This document shows positions 29,301-38,971 of a stretch of 64,000 nucleotides of DNA, in pieces (position 1 is the first letter of the stretch; every line of letters begins with the position of its first letter). This DNA comes from an uncultured virus (IMG/VR IMGVR_UViG_3300003690_003362). Its lineage: Duplodnaviria > Heunggongvirae > Uroviricota > Caudoviricetes. Location: IMG/VR virus record IMGVR_UViG_3300003690_003362; one strand, given 5' to 3'. The position numbers and the translations under genes were made by a program. The notes beneath the pieces were generated by a model. The model was not told the origin of the DNA, searched no databases, and worked only from the letters and a program-made list of their open reading frames with translations.

Positions 29301-29775
29301 TATTAATGTAACTTGCTGCAGTGGCGCCAACGCCAATTGAACCAGAATTACAAACGAAAAGACCATAAGCTCCTCCTCCGCTCGCATTGCCGATAGCATT
29401 TGTTGTCTTCCAACCGGCTTCTTGCCCTTGAGAGGTACCAGAATGATTAGGGCTTTGTGAGCCTAGAGCCCTTACGAATGTCACTGGACTGCTATGTCTC
29501 AAATATGCTTGTGCGGCATATGCACCATATGTAGGAGCAGATGTATTTCCGTTTCTCCACATATCATTAGTGGCCTTTCCAGGCACTGGTCTACCAAACG
29601 TTTCAACGAATTCAGCGAAAGAATTACAAACAACAGGTCTAAAGCCCGGGCCTTTAGTGGCGCGGCCAATAATAACTGGTCCCATTCTTGCTGGTAGCGC
29701 TGGAATTTGTGACTGGTCGATTTCATTAATAAAAACTCCAGGTGAAACAAATCTAAATCTCTTAATATCTGACAT
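26368..29775 (-). CDS. Tail sheath protein (gp18-like)
   Basis: SPGVFINEIDQS N-terminus; YYPWV, WFAPAGFSRG, INPI, GQKTLQ..SALDRINVRRL, KPARSIEFI. Confidence 0.95.
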   Translation of the reverse strand: MSDIKRFRFVSPGVFINEIDQSQIPALPARMGPVIIGRATKGPGFRPVVCNSFAEFVETFGRPVPGKATNDMWRNGNTSAPTYGAYAAQAYLRHSSPVTFVRALGSQSPNHSGTSQGQEAGWKTTNAIGNASGGGAYGLFVCNSGSIGVGATAASYINTAGYVNSNADASFTTSVGGLGGTAVSILLDENQNSAVTAAANKITIGTFDGSESDDLAAGYIIDAINGETDARITYASSGNGEAADSLGITAALTAGSTTKITLTTTSRGVAGFTSALASVSGFDMIDETVAFTAGTGDSQAAVTGTLAAVWYLDTGFIELSGAVRAAASETFVTGTSVLIGNVAANEWKALIKNSSGVVQKEASFNFNPKSEKYIRNVFNTNPTLVNSAVHSTTTNYWLGETHERAVDDLALSSSANSSWGVILGLGQGDGATVDNSYDDQTKEAIPSETGWFISQDVVSLEFASTFEPENTERAKKLFKFVSIDGGSEWNHSNLKISLRDIRPAKDLDNWPSFTVEIRDIKDHDKKVNALERYSNCNLNPNSPNYVGRKIGTQEVTFNTTDRRNQLVGDYRNKSKYIRVEVNESEAHSRELIPFGVFGPPKYRLFTVLSGTHAGGGGISTSNDGLGASEHNRFVKAGSSINKRFQGLMGTLASNDAEWAAANNEVYTGPQFDFTASFDFPKVPLRVSASHGGIIDQTKAYFGADVSRNGDTETRFEKSNIDILRTKSHQTTTANLNFSGETSAEYSWVFTLDDIRKDSNGIFAYVSGSRKDETSYTAVNGPNALLTSSAAGINRFTTVLYGGFDGLDIQEREPFSHGSGQALTVGKTETNSYAMYSLHKSMDIVKDPERVECNLMTMPGITNVELTNRLVNVAEERGDTLAIIDIQGDYTPDTESTSTAANRVGDVDQAANALKDREINSSYGCCYYPWVQVVDTFDASMLWVPPSVVALGAMAYSESVKEVWFAPAGFSRGGLTATQAGGLSVTGVNQQLTSKQRDTLYEVGINPIAQFPAEGIVIFGQKTLQSQQSALDRINVRRLLIFLKKEVSRIASTTLFEQNVEVTWNAFRGQVETLLSSVKNRLGLTDYKVILDETTTTPDLIDRNILYAKVFLKPARSIEFIALDFFITRSGASFED

Positions 29776-29882
29776 TCTTTCGGTTCTCCTTGTTTTTGCT
29801 CGATTGTATGAACAAGTACTTTATTTCTTCTATAAATAGTAACGAGAAATTGTAAAATCCTAACTTTAATCCTAAAAGAGAC

Positions 29883-30734
29883 TTATGAGTCTGAAAGATT
29901 TTTAAGTCTCTCCAAAACTTCCTCATCTTTGTCTATATGGTCGTGAATGTCTCCAACAATAATCCTTTCTCTAGGAATTTTAACTTCTACAAAATTTTCT
30001 CTTATGACCATTTTTGGAGTTTCTTGATTTTTATCCTCTCCAACAAGATATCCTAGCACATTTACTGTAACATTAGTTTGATATTTTCTTTCTTCTTGCA
30101 TTAAAGTCGAAACGTTATTGACTTGCGTAACATTGCCTCGTATAAACCCTTCATATAGATGACCATACTTTCTTAAAACAAAATAATCAATGGCGCCAGG
30201 TCTAGTTATAAAAGGAGTTAACATTTCATTCATTTGTTGTTGATATTCACTTCGTAAAACCAGAGTATAAGTAACATCTACATAAACTGGCATTGGTATT
30301 GATATAGACTGATAGACAATTTTATTGTTTTTTCTTGGCAAGTTTCTTTGTCCAAGAAGACGATATGAGTCTGCACTGGCAAAATTTGAACTTTTTTCTT
30401 GATTAAGTCTTCTGGTTATAGTTATAGAGCCTCCATTTTTATTTCTAGGTACATTTCCAAAAAAGTTTCCTCTTTTGGCAAGACTTTTTTCTATTGAAGA
30501 CCTCTCAATGGAAATTAAAGGCAAAATTAAGGTTCCTGAATCATCTCTTAGTCCTTTTTTGTTTTTAACTTGAAAAGCTCTTTCTGCAGAAACCCAAATT
30601 AAAGGTACTTTTTCCCATCCTTTATTTGTGGTGGTATGTATATTGATTTTTTCATTAAAATATTCATATACCGACTCATCAATAGTTTCTAAAGTGGAGG
30701 GAACAAGTGGAAAATTAAAATCGTTACGTGGCAT
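29883..30734 (-). CDS. Tail terminator / sheath stabiliser (gp15-like)
   Basis: VPLIWVSAER, LILPLISIER, PVYVDVTY; between neck and sheath. Confidence 0.7.
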   Translation of the reverse strand: MPRNDFNFPLVPSTLETIDESVYEYFNEKINIHTTTNKGWEKVPLIWVSAERAFQVKNKKGLRDDSGTLILPLISIERSSIEKSLAKRGNFFGNVPRNKNGGSITITRRLNQEKSSNFASADSYRLLGQRNLPRKNNKIVYQSISIPMPVYVDVTYTLVLRSEYQQQMNEMLTPFITRPGAIDYFVLRKYGHLYEGFIRGNVTQVNNVSTLMQEERKYQTNVTVNVLGYLVGEDKNQETPKMVIRENFVEVKIPRERIIVGDIHDHIDKDEEVLERLKNLSDS

Positions 30735-31167
30735 CAAATAACCCTCTTCTAGCCTTAACACAAGTTGCTTCTATTTCCATTTTATGATCAGTTTGGCCAA
30801 ATAATTGTCTTGGCTCATTTAAATTAACTATTTCATAATGCGTATCACCATATAAAACAAAATCACCTTCTCTAACAAAAAGATCTTGATCTTCTGTTAA
30901 GCGACGTTTATGAAAATGAACAGTAATCGAGGGTCGACGATCAACTCCTAGATTGGTTGTTTCAGTATTATATCCCTGCCAAACTACTAATACATAAACT
31001 CTAATTGGAGCTAAAAATGTCTTTTCTATTGCCTCTCCATATAAAGAATGAAAGTTAGTATATTCTAAACTTATAGGATAATATAATACTTGTTGGCCAA
31101 TAACTCTTTCAATAAGTTCATCGTTAACTTGTTTAACAAGATCTCGTTCCTTTTTTCCAGTAAACAT
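30724..31167 (-). CDS. Head closure / neck protein (gp14-like), N-terminus possibly damaged
   Basis: ELIERVIGQQVLYY, LYGEA, EGDFVLY; upstream in-frame PPPP lacks a start. Confidence 0.7.
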   Translation of the reverse strand: MFTGKKERDLVKQVNDELIERVIGQQVLYYPISLEYTNFHSLYGEAIEKTFLAPIRVYVLVVWQGYNTETTNLGVDRRPSITVHFHKRRLTEDQDLFVREGDFVLYGDTHYEIVNLNEPRQLFGQTDHKMEIEATCVKARRGLFDAT

Positions 31168-32447
31168 TGGAGGGGGCGGTTCGACTGGATTGCTGCCTCA
31201 AGAGTGGCCGCATCTCTTTCGGCCAACTTAGCATATGTAAGTTCTTCAAGGGTGATTTTTAACTCTTCTCTTAATTTTTCTTGTTCTGCTTTCCCCTCAC
31301 TGATTAAAGCAGTGCCATTCAAATTAACAGTTTCTCCTGGTATTGGTATAGAACTGAATTTAGACCTAACTTGGCCTAAAGTTTCTTTTGAAAGAGCTAA
31401 AGAAAACCTTCTTATCCACTGTTTTCCAATAGCATTAATGTTTTCATATGGAAGATTCTCAACTGGCAATGTATTCATATTGTTGACGCCATCAATTCCC
31501 TCTTCTTTTGCATCATCAACGTCCCAAACATTATTATCAACATAAAATTCAAACCACATTTTTGTTGGTGTCACCCGAACAACATTGGGAAATAATCTTA
31601 ATTTATTATTTTTAATTTCATAAGAATAATGACTATTTCTAGTATATATTGCATCTTCAAAAGCAGCTGCTTGAAGTTTATTTTGCCACGCTGGAATTAT
31701 TTCAAATGTTGAATCATCAGCAAACTGGCCGTAACTAGCTAAGTCTCCAACAGTGTTTAAACCGCCATAATATCCGTAAAATCTCCACATTGCTCCGGGT
31801 GTTTTATACCAAACTCTTGTGATGTAAATTCTTTTCTTTTGATTACTACCGGTTTTATCTAATTTTTGATAAAGTAGGTCGGTCGAATCTGCATTAGCAG
31901 TTTCAATAATTGCTTGCAAATCATAATCTTGTTTTTTATCAGATGTTTCAAAAGATGCTGAATAAATAGCAACACTCCCACCAACACCTCCTTCTGTGGA
32001 TAAACCATCTCCGAGTCTTTTTCCATAAGAAAATTTCCATTTTGGATATCTTAAATTTACGTTATCTGGGTCGCTGGCGAGGAGTTTTTCGCCATCGTGA
32101 TCAAAAGTTCCTGTCTGGGCGCCTAAAGAGCTTCCGAGCATGTTTTTGGCTTGATGAATATTAAGAATATAAGAATATTCTAAAACTGATTCTTCATATG
32201 CTGAGAAAACACTTCCAGTGGTTATTTCCAGGTCTAATATATCTCCACCAAGTTTCTTGTAGAGATATGAGACTTGATCTGCCGCTCCAGTACAAAAATA
32301 CTGAGAGAACATGGCCGATGGAGTGCTGGAGTCTGAATAAATCTGGAAGGGTAACTCAGTGTTATTTTCTACATCAACCGGAGAACTCCCTGTAGGAAGC
32401 ACTATGGCGCTTGTTTGTCGTGAAGGGGTTAAGGTCGGTACTGCCAT
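31071..32447 (-). CDS. Neck / head-tail adaptor (gp13-like), C-terminus possibly damaged
   Basis: LGGDILDLEI, QWIRRFSLALSKETLGQVRSKF..PG..LNG. Confidence 0.8.
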   Translation of the reverse strand: MAVPTLTPSRQTSAIVLPTGSSPVDVENNTELPFQIYSDSSTPSAMFSQYFCTGAADQVSYLYKKLGGDILDLEITTGSVFSAYEESVLEYSYILNIHQAKNMLGSSLGAQTGTFDHDGEKLLASDPDNVNLRYPKWKFSYGKRLGDGLSTEGGVGGSVAIYSASFETSDKKQDYDLQAIIETANADSTDLLYQKLDKTGSNQKKRIYITRVWYKTPGAMWRFYGYYGGLNTVGDLASYGQFADDSTFEIIPAWQNKLQAAAFEDAIYTRNSHYSYEIKNNKLRLFPNVVRVTPTKMWFEFYVDNNVWDVDDAKEEGIDGVNNMNTLPVENLPYENINAIGKQWIRRFSLALSKETLGQVRSKFSSIPIPGETVNLNGTALISEGKAEQEKLREELKITLEELTYAKLAERDAATLEAAIQSNRPLQCLLEKRNEILLNKLTMNLLKELLANKYYIIL

Positions 32448-32500
32448 TCATTTAATTCTCCTCAGATGTAATTAGTTGGCAGCTGTTTAAAAAATCATAT

Positions 32501-32824
32501 TTAATCTTTCTTTGAGGTTTTTCTCTTAGAAGTCTTTTTCTTCGCAGGCTTCTTTTTAGAATCTGGCGTTTTTTTCCGGGGCGAAATTTTGCGAGATCGT
32601 TTTTTTGGTTTTGGCTCAGATATAGCAGATTCAGTTTCATTAACCTCTTTTGTCACCACTTCTTTTACCTCTGCGACAACTTCTTTTATGTCTTCAACAA
32701 CTTCTTCAACAACCTTGGCTGTTATTGCAACTGCTTCTGTAGTTGCTGCTCTAAACTTTGCAAATTTTGCTGCAAATTTCTTTGTAAACTTTGAACTGGT
32801 CATACGACGCTTTTTCTTTCCCAT
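32501..32824 (-). CDS. Lys-rich small protein
   Basis: 107 aa, basic termini, AAGGAG RBS. Confidence 0.55.
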   Translation of the reverse strand: MGKKKRRMTSSKFTKKFAAKFAKFRAATTEAVAITAKVVEEVVEDIKEVVAEVKEVVTKEVNETESAISEPKPKKRSRKISPRKKTPDSKKKPAKKKTSKRKTSKKD

Positions 32825-32871
32825 GGTAAACTCCTTTTATTATATTATATAACATTGTATTAAAAACTTTA

Positions 32872-32906
32872 AGAAAAAAAACCCCCAACCAGAAGGAAGG
32901 GGGTTT
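32872..32906 (-). terminator. Rho-independent terminator
   Basis: AAACCCCC..GGGGGTTT stem plus T-run. Confidence 0.7.
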
Positions 32907-32929
32907 AATATTAATAAATAAAGATTTAT

Positions 32930-33748
32930 TTATCTTTCTTGACAAATTCTCACGTAATCAACATCCATTTGGTCATTGTCGCCGTCCTTCTGAGTAAAGG
33001 CCAAATGAGGGAAGATAACAGTCCCGTCGTTTGGCAAGGTGAGGGTTGAGGAGTGAGATAGAGTGCCATTTATATAAAAATGAGCGGAGGTACCATCAAG
33101 ATGAAAACTCAAGTTGATCCAAGTGGCCGCTACGATAGATGTAGAGGACTGCACTACAGTCTCGGCGTCATTTTTGGCAGTGATTGATGCAAGAGTGACG
33201 GCTGCTTGTCCATCAAGGATTTGCCAACCAATACCATCAGCCAGCGCACCGGCCGCGTCCAAAATGGTCGCGTCGGCGGCGCCGGATCCATCAGATGCAA
33301 GACCAACAAACATGCCGCTGTCGGTTGCGTCGCTCATCTTCAGTCTAGTCTCGAACCAAACCTTTCGAGGTGACGATGCATCAAGTGCAAAACCACTATT
33401 AAGGGCAGTCAGGAATGACACATCATCGTCGGTGGTCTGGCCTGTAAATCTAACGACACCACCAGTAAAGCTATTATCTAGTTTGATTGTGCCGTCGACA
33501 ACGGCTGTCCAAACACCGTAATTAATGGCGGTGGCTTGAGCCATATCGCCATCAACCGCTAGCCCGACGTTGCCGTTCACTGCCAAAAAATCATCAAAAA
33601 AGCCAAAGTATTTTGACGGCTGTATCTCAAATGCTGGCATTTGAAATCCGTCCAACCCAGATCTAGATCCGGTGTCGGAATTGTTAGTTGCATTAAGTTG
33701 TTTTAGGACAGATTCTAATCTTTTACGCCCTATTCTTCGATTTCCCAT
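32930..33748 (-). CDS. Putative virion protein with concanavalin/LamG-like beta-sandwich
   Basis: FFDDF, WFETRL, WINLSFHLDG..HFYING, DVDYVRI; immediately after capsid gene. Confidence 0.55.
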   Translation of the reverse strand: MGNRRIGRKRLESVLKQLNATNNSDTGSRSGLDGFQMPAFEIQPSKYFGFFDDFLAVNGNVGLAVDGDMAQATAINYGVWTAVVDGTIKLDNSFTGGVVRFTGQTTDDDVSFLTALNSGFALDASSPRKVWFETRLKMSDATDSGMFVGLASDGSGAADATILDAAGALADGIGWQILDGQAAVTLASITAKNDAETVVQSSTSIVAATWINLSFHLDGTSAHFYINGTLSHSSTLTLPNDGTVIFPHLAFTQKDGDNDQMDVDYVRICQER

Positions 33749-33772
33749 TTTTAATTTCTCCTTTTATATTTT

Positions 33773-33875
33773 AAGTTATCGATAACTTGATTTTAATCAC
33801 GAAACATAACCAGCCACTTCGGTTATGCCCCTTCAAAGGTCAGTGGCCTCGACCAAGGAGAATAATCTCAAGTTA
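33773..33875 (-). ncRNA. Structured 5' leader RNA with complementary (kissing) loops
   Basis: P1 TAACTTGA/TCAAGTTA closing hairpins GGTC-GAGGCCACT-GACC and CATAACC-GAAGTGGCT-GGTTATG. Confidence 0.6.
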
Positions 33876-33905
33876 CTTATAAGTAGTTTATTAATTGTTA
33901 AAATG

Positions 33906-33939
33906 AAAAAGCCCCGCCTTAATTTCTTAAGACGAGGCT
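33906..33939 (-). terminator. Rho-independent terminator after major capsid gene
   Basis: AGCCTCGTCTTAA-GAAA-TTAAGGCGGGGCT followed by T-run. Confidence 0.8.
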
Positions 33940-33971
33940 AAATTATTATTTAGTTGTTAACTAATCAGAGA

Positions 33972-35712
33972 TTAGCTTGCACCTTCCTCACCAAGGAGTC
34001 CGCGTACAACAACTAGACCATACATATCAGGTCGGACCATCTTCTTGGCATAACGGGTCATAACGCCTTTACGCGGTACGAAATCTTCCGTACCAAAGAT
34101 AGTGGGAGTAACCTGCAGCGGTACATAAGGAGCGTAGACATAGCCACTCTCCAAGAAACTACCACCTTTACGGCTTTACGGCCAACCAAAACAAGGTTGC
34201 GCGGGAAGTATGGATCAACAAATACATCCCACTTCTTGCTGAGATTGCCAGACTTAACAGCACCAATGGTGCCTTTATCTGCATCATGAGTAATATTAGC
34301 GCGGAAACCGCTAGTAAACTCAAGAATGTTAGCAACCTCGGGGCTGGTTACAAGGAACGTAGCTCCGCCGCGAAGAGTCTTACGGTGAATCTGTGCGGAG
34401 ACATCATTGATAGTCTCTACAAGAGTCTCGTACCACTCAGAAACGGTACCAGTAAAGTCTGGAGCAGCCGAAGCGGCACCAAGCTCAACACCAGTTGTTT
34501 TGTTCACAAACAGACCTGGAGCACGTGACCAAAAGAATCTGCCAGCCGTCTGGCCTTGAACAAGGTCGTTGAGAATCTCACGGTCAATCTCAAGAGCAAT
34601 ATGCTCAGAAAGAATTGATGTAAGCTCAACTTCTGCGTCAAGGTTATGGTAGGCATTCAAATCCTGACCAAGTTCTGGCGTCCACTTAGCTTTGAGCTTC
34701 TTAGTAATTGCCGTTACAGCAATTGAATCAACTCTAATGTCGATCTCAGCGATCTCATTTTTTTGATCGCTAGCGCCACTTGTATTACCAGTGCCTGCGC
34801 GAGGCTCTTCAAGACCCCAGTGATCCGCACCCTGTACAGAACCCACAGAAGCGCCAACGTTAAATTGGTCAGCCGATGGGTAACTAAGAGTAACGTTCTT
34901 TGAAGACGGAGCCCCAGCTGATTCACTCGACGTAAAGACAAGGAATAAATTATTACTCGAATCAACGCTATTTAATCTTCGAACCGGAACAAGCGGCTCA
35001 AGATCTCGCCAGACGAAGCACTAAGCGAAGTAATCATATCTACATTAAGATCACTAGGCACATTGGCCGCAGCAATCTTTAGCCGTACAACATGATCCGT
35101 AGTGGTGCCACCTAAAAGATCTGGGTCAAATCGAAGAAGCTTTTTATCCGCTTCTGTTAAGTTGGCAATTGTAACCGACGTAGTGGAAGAATCAAGCTGA
35201 CCATCATCTGCAAGAGTGCATCGAAGCGAGCTTGTTGCGGCGGAATAAGAATTACCCAAGTTATAGAAACCGCCACCCACTTCGGTGATATCCGTAACAC
35301 CAGTTTGAATGTTAGAGCCAGTGACTCCGCCACCATAAACTGACTTATCGGTAAGTCCTGCTGGAAGACCTGCGCCTCCAGTGTAAGTAAAGTCTAGGAA
35401 GAAGATCAGTCCAGAAGGCAAGCTCATGGGCTGAACACTAACTAGATCGTTAGCAACTAGTCCACCGAATACTCGGCGGACAATAGGAAATGCGACGGCT
35501 GCAAAGCCTTCGACATCCCCTGCGGCCATTGAACTGGCCTCTCGTAGAAGCTCTTTTGCTTGGTTTTCAAGCATCCGAGCCATTCCGGACTTTTTGCTAC
35601 CGTCTAATCCTTCAAGAAGACCAGTCTTTTGCCACTTTGACAAAAGAGCATCGCCTTCCTTTCGGAGATCACGGTTAACAAGCCCTTCAGTTAATTTGTT
35701 TAAAACAGACAT
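33972..35712 (-). CDS. Major capsid protein (gp23-like), split by two frameshifts in this assembly
   Basis: KWQKTGLLEGL, FPIVRRVF, VSVQPMSLPSGLIFFLD; LKAKWTPELGQDLNAYH, EIDREIL; GYVYAPYVPL, GVMTRY; breaks near 35000 and at an 8-bp duplication near 34165-34180. Confidence 0.92.
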
Positions 35713-35733
35713 ATTTAAATCCTCCTTATAAAA

Positions 35734-36933
35734 TCACTTAATACCTGCTAATATCTGCAATCTGTCTTTTAATTTAGGATCAGATTGCGAGTCCTCGCGC
35801 GGGCGAGGTAAGAACGCTGAAGAATTCTTATTAATTGCTTCGTTCAGTGATTTTGGCGACTTACGTAAGTCACGGATGCCAGCCACTGCACTTTGAAGAG
35901 TTTCAAAAATTGTTTTTGTTTCCTCAACGGTGCCCGTTTTTTGAATAGCTTCGACAATTTTATCTTTTTGTCGCTCATTCAAGGAGACGCTATTTAAAAT
36001 ACGGTTCGTATAATGTAGTTTTGCGTTTTGCACATTGATTTCATTTAATTTATCTTGTGTGCGTACTAACAAATCTCTAAGTTTATCGTTTTGTTCTTTT
36101 AGCTTACCAGAAACTTGAACAACGTTGTTTGTTTCATTAGATTTCTTTGTGTAAGCTTCATATAGTTTTTTATATTGTTTATGATAATAGATCATATTTT
36201 GTTCTAGAGTGCCAATATGCTCTTGTAGAGCTTCTGTTTCCTCTGTCTCTTCTGTTTCCTCTTCCAATTCATAATCCTCGTCTAAATCATATTCCTCATC
36301 ATAATTTTCTGTCACTGTTGGTGGTGTTGTTGGTGTTTCTGGTATCTCAATATCTGGAATTTCTATATCTTCCCCTTCAAGATCTCCAAAATCCAACTCA
36401 GGTTCATCGTCAAAATCCAACTCAGGTTCATCGCCACCTATAGTCATTGGAGGTGTTGTATCCAACACTTCATTTAAAATGTCGGCAATTAAAGATTCTT
36501 CAATTACAAAAGTTTCTTCTTTTTCCCTCGGACCTGATTCTACTCCAGTTCCGGCTACCTCTTCTGCGACTAAAGCATGCGTTTCAATGTTTTTGGGATC
36601 TAAATCTTCAGCTAATTCTAGTTCATTTTTTAACTGACCAAGATCGACGATAACAGTGCTTTCGGCCTGCATTTCATGGGCGCCAGGAATGTCGCCCATA
36701 TTTTCTGGGCCGGGCGCAGGGCCGCCTGCCATTGCCATCATTGCAGGATCCATTCCTCCCATCGCAGGTGGAGGTGCTCCTCCCATCGCAGGTGGAGCTT
36801 GCTCCAATAGTTGATCAACCACATTTTTAATATCATCAGAATATTTTTCAATAATTGTAGCCTCTGCGTTTTTAATTGCAGCCTCTTTTAAAGCCTCTGC
36901 ATCGATAATTGCTTGTTCAAGCATTTTAGACAT
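35734..36933 (-). CDS. Prohead scaffolding/core protein (gp22-like)
   Basis: Acidic coiled-coil protein directly upstream of MCP, many L/IxE sites, ends RLQILAGIK. Confidence 0.75.
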   Translation of the reverse strand: MSKMLEQAIIDAEALKEAAIKNAEATIIEKYSDDIKNVVDQLLEQAPPAMGGAPPPAMGGMDPAMMAMAGGPAPGPENMGDIPGAHEMQAESTVIVDLGQLKNELELAEDLDPKNIETHALVAEEVAGTGVESGPREKEETFVIEESLIADILNEVLDTTPPMTIGGDEPELDFDDEPELDFGDLEGEDIEIPDIEIPETPTTPPTVTENYDEEYDLDEDYELEEETEETEETEALQEHIGTLEQNMIYYHKQYKKLYEAYTKKSNETNNVVQVSGKLKEQNDKLRDLLVRTQDKLNEINVQNAKLHYTNRILNSVSLNERQKDKIVEAIQKTGTVEETKTIFETLQSAVAGIRDLRKSPKSLNEAINKNSSAFLPRPREDSQSDPKLKDRLQILAGIK

Positions 36934-37015
36934 TTGAACACTCCTTAAACTAATTTTTCATAATAAGTAGTCTTTAAAACATGGAAATTCCTAATATTAT
37001 TTTAAATTATATTTA

Positions 37016-38257
37016 CTACACACCAATAACCTTTGATATATCTGCAGTAGCAATATCCAACACTTTGCCTAAACTTCCTGCTGCAACAGTTATTATTGTA
37101 TTAGCATACCCGGCAGCTACAAATTCAAAGGCGCCCATATCAGGTGGATCAGCACGAACAGTGCCGCTGAGATCTAAAGTAACAAAGCTTAAAGCCACTC
37201 CAGCGTTTAAAGCTGGCGATCCAGCAGCTAGTGTCCAATCAGCATATATAGTGTCGATATCAGGAGCCTTAAACAATGTTAACGCGGATGAATCTCTTTT
37301 ATAATCTAAATCGGTAGAATCAAAGGAAGCGCTAGTGCCGTTAGCTAATCTTCTTACACCATCTGTAACATTTTGAGAATTATAACCAGCATAAAGATTG
37401 TTACTTACGATATCTGCACTAATCCAACTTGGCCGTACAGTATCGTTTGGTAAACTCATGCTTACAATATTATTTTTTGCTAAATCTGCCTTGATGCCAA
37501 ATCCACTGTCTGTAAAGCTAGTATCGCTCTCATGGATCTTAGCTACAAAAGTATTAAAAGACGCTGTAGACTGTGAAGTGTTACCATTATGAATATATAT
37601 TGCAAAAGAGGGCGCATTGGTGGAAGATCCGCTATAATTAATTAAGCAATTATTAACTAATATATGACCCGGGTCAACATTGGCGGTTGCTATTCCCCAG
37701 GTGGAATTGGAACCGCCGAGTTTTAAATGTAGTCTGCAACTATCAATGATGGTTAAACCTCCTGTGTTATCCTCATCACCGAGCCCAAGTATTCCACTCA
37801 GGTCATTGTCGTACATTGTCACACCTTTAATACTACATGGGGCGCTGTTGGCTTTAATAACTCCGTAGCCTGCAGCTACATGTGCGCCATAGTTTGTAAT
37901 TGTTACGTTATGTATGCCAGAACCAGATCCGTATATAACAAAAGCGCTTTTGTCGGTGGCGCCGGAACCATTAATAATAATATCTTGTCCATGAGCGCCA
38001 GATACAATGATTCCATAAGCATAACCGCCAATCCACAAAGCCTGTTGAGAACTAGCGGGCATGCCATAGCTAGCTGAATAAGTGGTTGTGGCGGCCGAAC
38101 TTTCACTTAAAATTACATAATGTGGACCTACATCTGATCCCTTGTGGTCATTAATATCGGATCGGGCAGCTTCAATTGTTGTATAAGGGTTCGCAGCAGA
38201 ACCATCATTAGAGCCGCCAGTAAAAGTAACTGAAACATATTTTGTTAATATAGCCAT
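37016..38257 (-). CDS. Beta-helix (pectin-lyase-like) virion protein
   Basis: DGSAANPYTTI N-motif, parallel beta-helix Asn/Gly repeats, C-terminal LAAGSPALNAG..DLSG..R..PDMGAFEF. Confidence 0.65.
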   Translation of the reverse strand: MAILTKYVSVTFTGGSNDGSAANPYTTIEAARSDINDHKGSDVGPHYVILSESSAATTTYSASYGMPASSQQALWIGGYAYGIIVSGAHGQDIIINGSGATDKSAFVIYGSGSGIHNVTITNYGAHVAAGYGVIKANSAPCSIKGVTMYDNDLSGILGLGDEDNTGGLTIIDSCRLHLKLGGSNSTWGIATANVDPGHILVNNCLINYSGSSTNAPSFAIYIHNGNTSQSTASFNTFVAKIHESDTSFTDSGFGIKADLAKNNIVSMSLPNDTVRPSWISADIVSNNLYAGYNSQNVTDGVRRLANGTSASFDSTDLDYKRDSSALTLFKAPDIDTIYADWTLAAGSPALNAGVALSFVTLDLSGTVRADPPDMGAFEFVAAGYANTIITVAAGSLGKVLDIATADISKVIGV

Positions 38258-38276
38258 TGTTTCCTAATTCTCCTCT

Positions 38277-38783
38277 CTAGGCTATCTCTACCCATGTATT
38301 GTCTGGTCTAAAAAGAAGTAAAATATCACTGCTATCATCATCAATACAATAACCAACAACTCGTACAATATTTTCACTAGCAGAAGGTGCAGTAAAATCT
38401 AAATGACCAGCAGTTGTAGAAATATAAATTGGTAAACCATCTGATGCACCACTGCCTGGTACATTGAGCACTTCTGTTGATGGGATTTTTATAAATCCGC
38501 GCATCAACATGCCATCTGTTCGCGCGGAAGTCCCCAAAGCAATTCCAAGTAATTGTTTACTAGTAGCTGCAGCATCGGCGTCTGTTTCATCCCAGGTTCC
38601 ATCTGTGTGTAAAAAATATAATCGCCCTTTTGTAAGAGTTGTTGCACCACCAGGCTCATAATAAAGTACTTCGCCGGAACCTATTTGACCATCTGATAAT
38701 TGACTTTCAAAAGTTGTTGTATGATAATCATTAGGTTGGTAGAGACGTGGAGGAATAAATGGTGGATAAAACTTCTTAGACAT
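38277..38783 (-). CDS. Fibre/decoration domain protein paralogous to the C-terminus of 40100-42073
   Basis: Shared GMLMRG/GMLLRG, TAG.LDF.AP, IVRVVGYC, ends VEIA. Confidence 0.6.
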   Translation of the reverse strand: MSKKFYPPFIPPRLYQPNDYHTTTFESQLSDGQIGSGEVLYYEPGGATTLTKGRLYFLHTDGTWDETDADAAATSKQLLGIALGTSARTDGMLMRGFIKIPSTEVLNVPGSGASDGLPIYISTTAGHLDFTAPSASENIVRVVGYCIDDDSSDILLLFRPDNTWVEIA

Positions 38784-38826
38784 ACTATAAATAGATATTA
38801 AAAGTTATTTTAATTTATATAATAAT

Positions 38827-38855
38827 AAAAAGCCAGGTCCGAGAACCTGGCTTTT
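38827..38855. terminator. Bidirectional-looking intrinsic terminator
   Basis: AAAAAGCCAGGT-CCGAGA-ACCTGGCTTTT. Confidence 0.75.
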
Positions 38856-38971
38856 AAAAAAACTAAATTATATAATTTATTAACTTCCTGATTGTCCCAC
38901 TGTGTATATGCTCCCTAGTTATAAACGTTATTTCATAATAAATAGTTCATTAGTTTGAGAATAAATTCGAA

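Noticed and set aside
34714..34965. 83-aa minus-strand ORF within the capsid locus
   Set aside because: Wrong frame; the capsid continues in the frame of the 34058 fragment
34165..35010. Programmed frameshifting or a transposon footprint in the major capsid gene
   Set aside because: No slippery site at the first break, no transposase in the window, and the capsid needs high full-length expression; artefact is more likely
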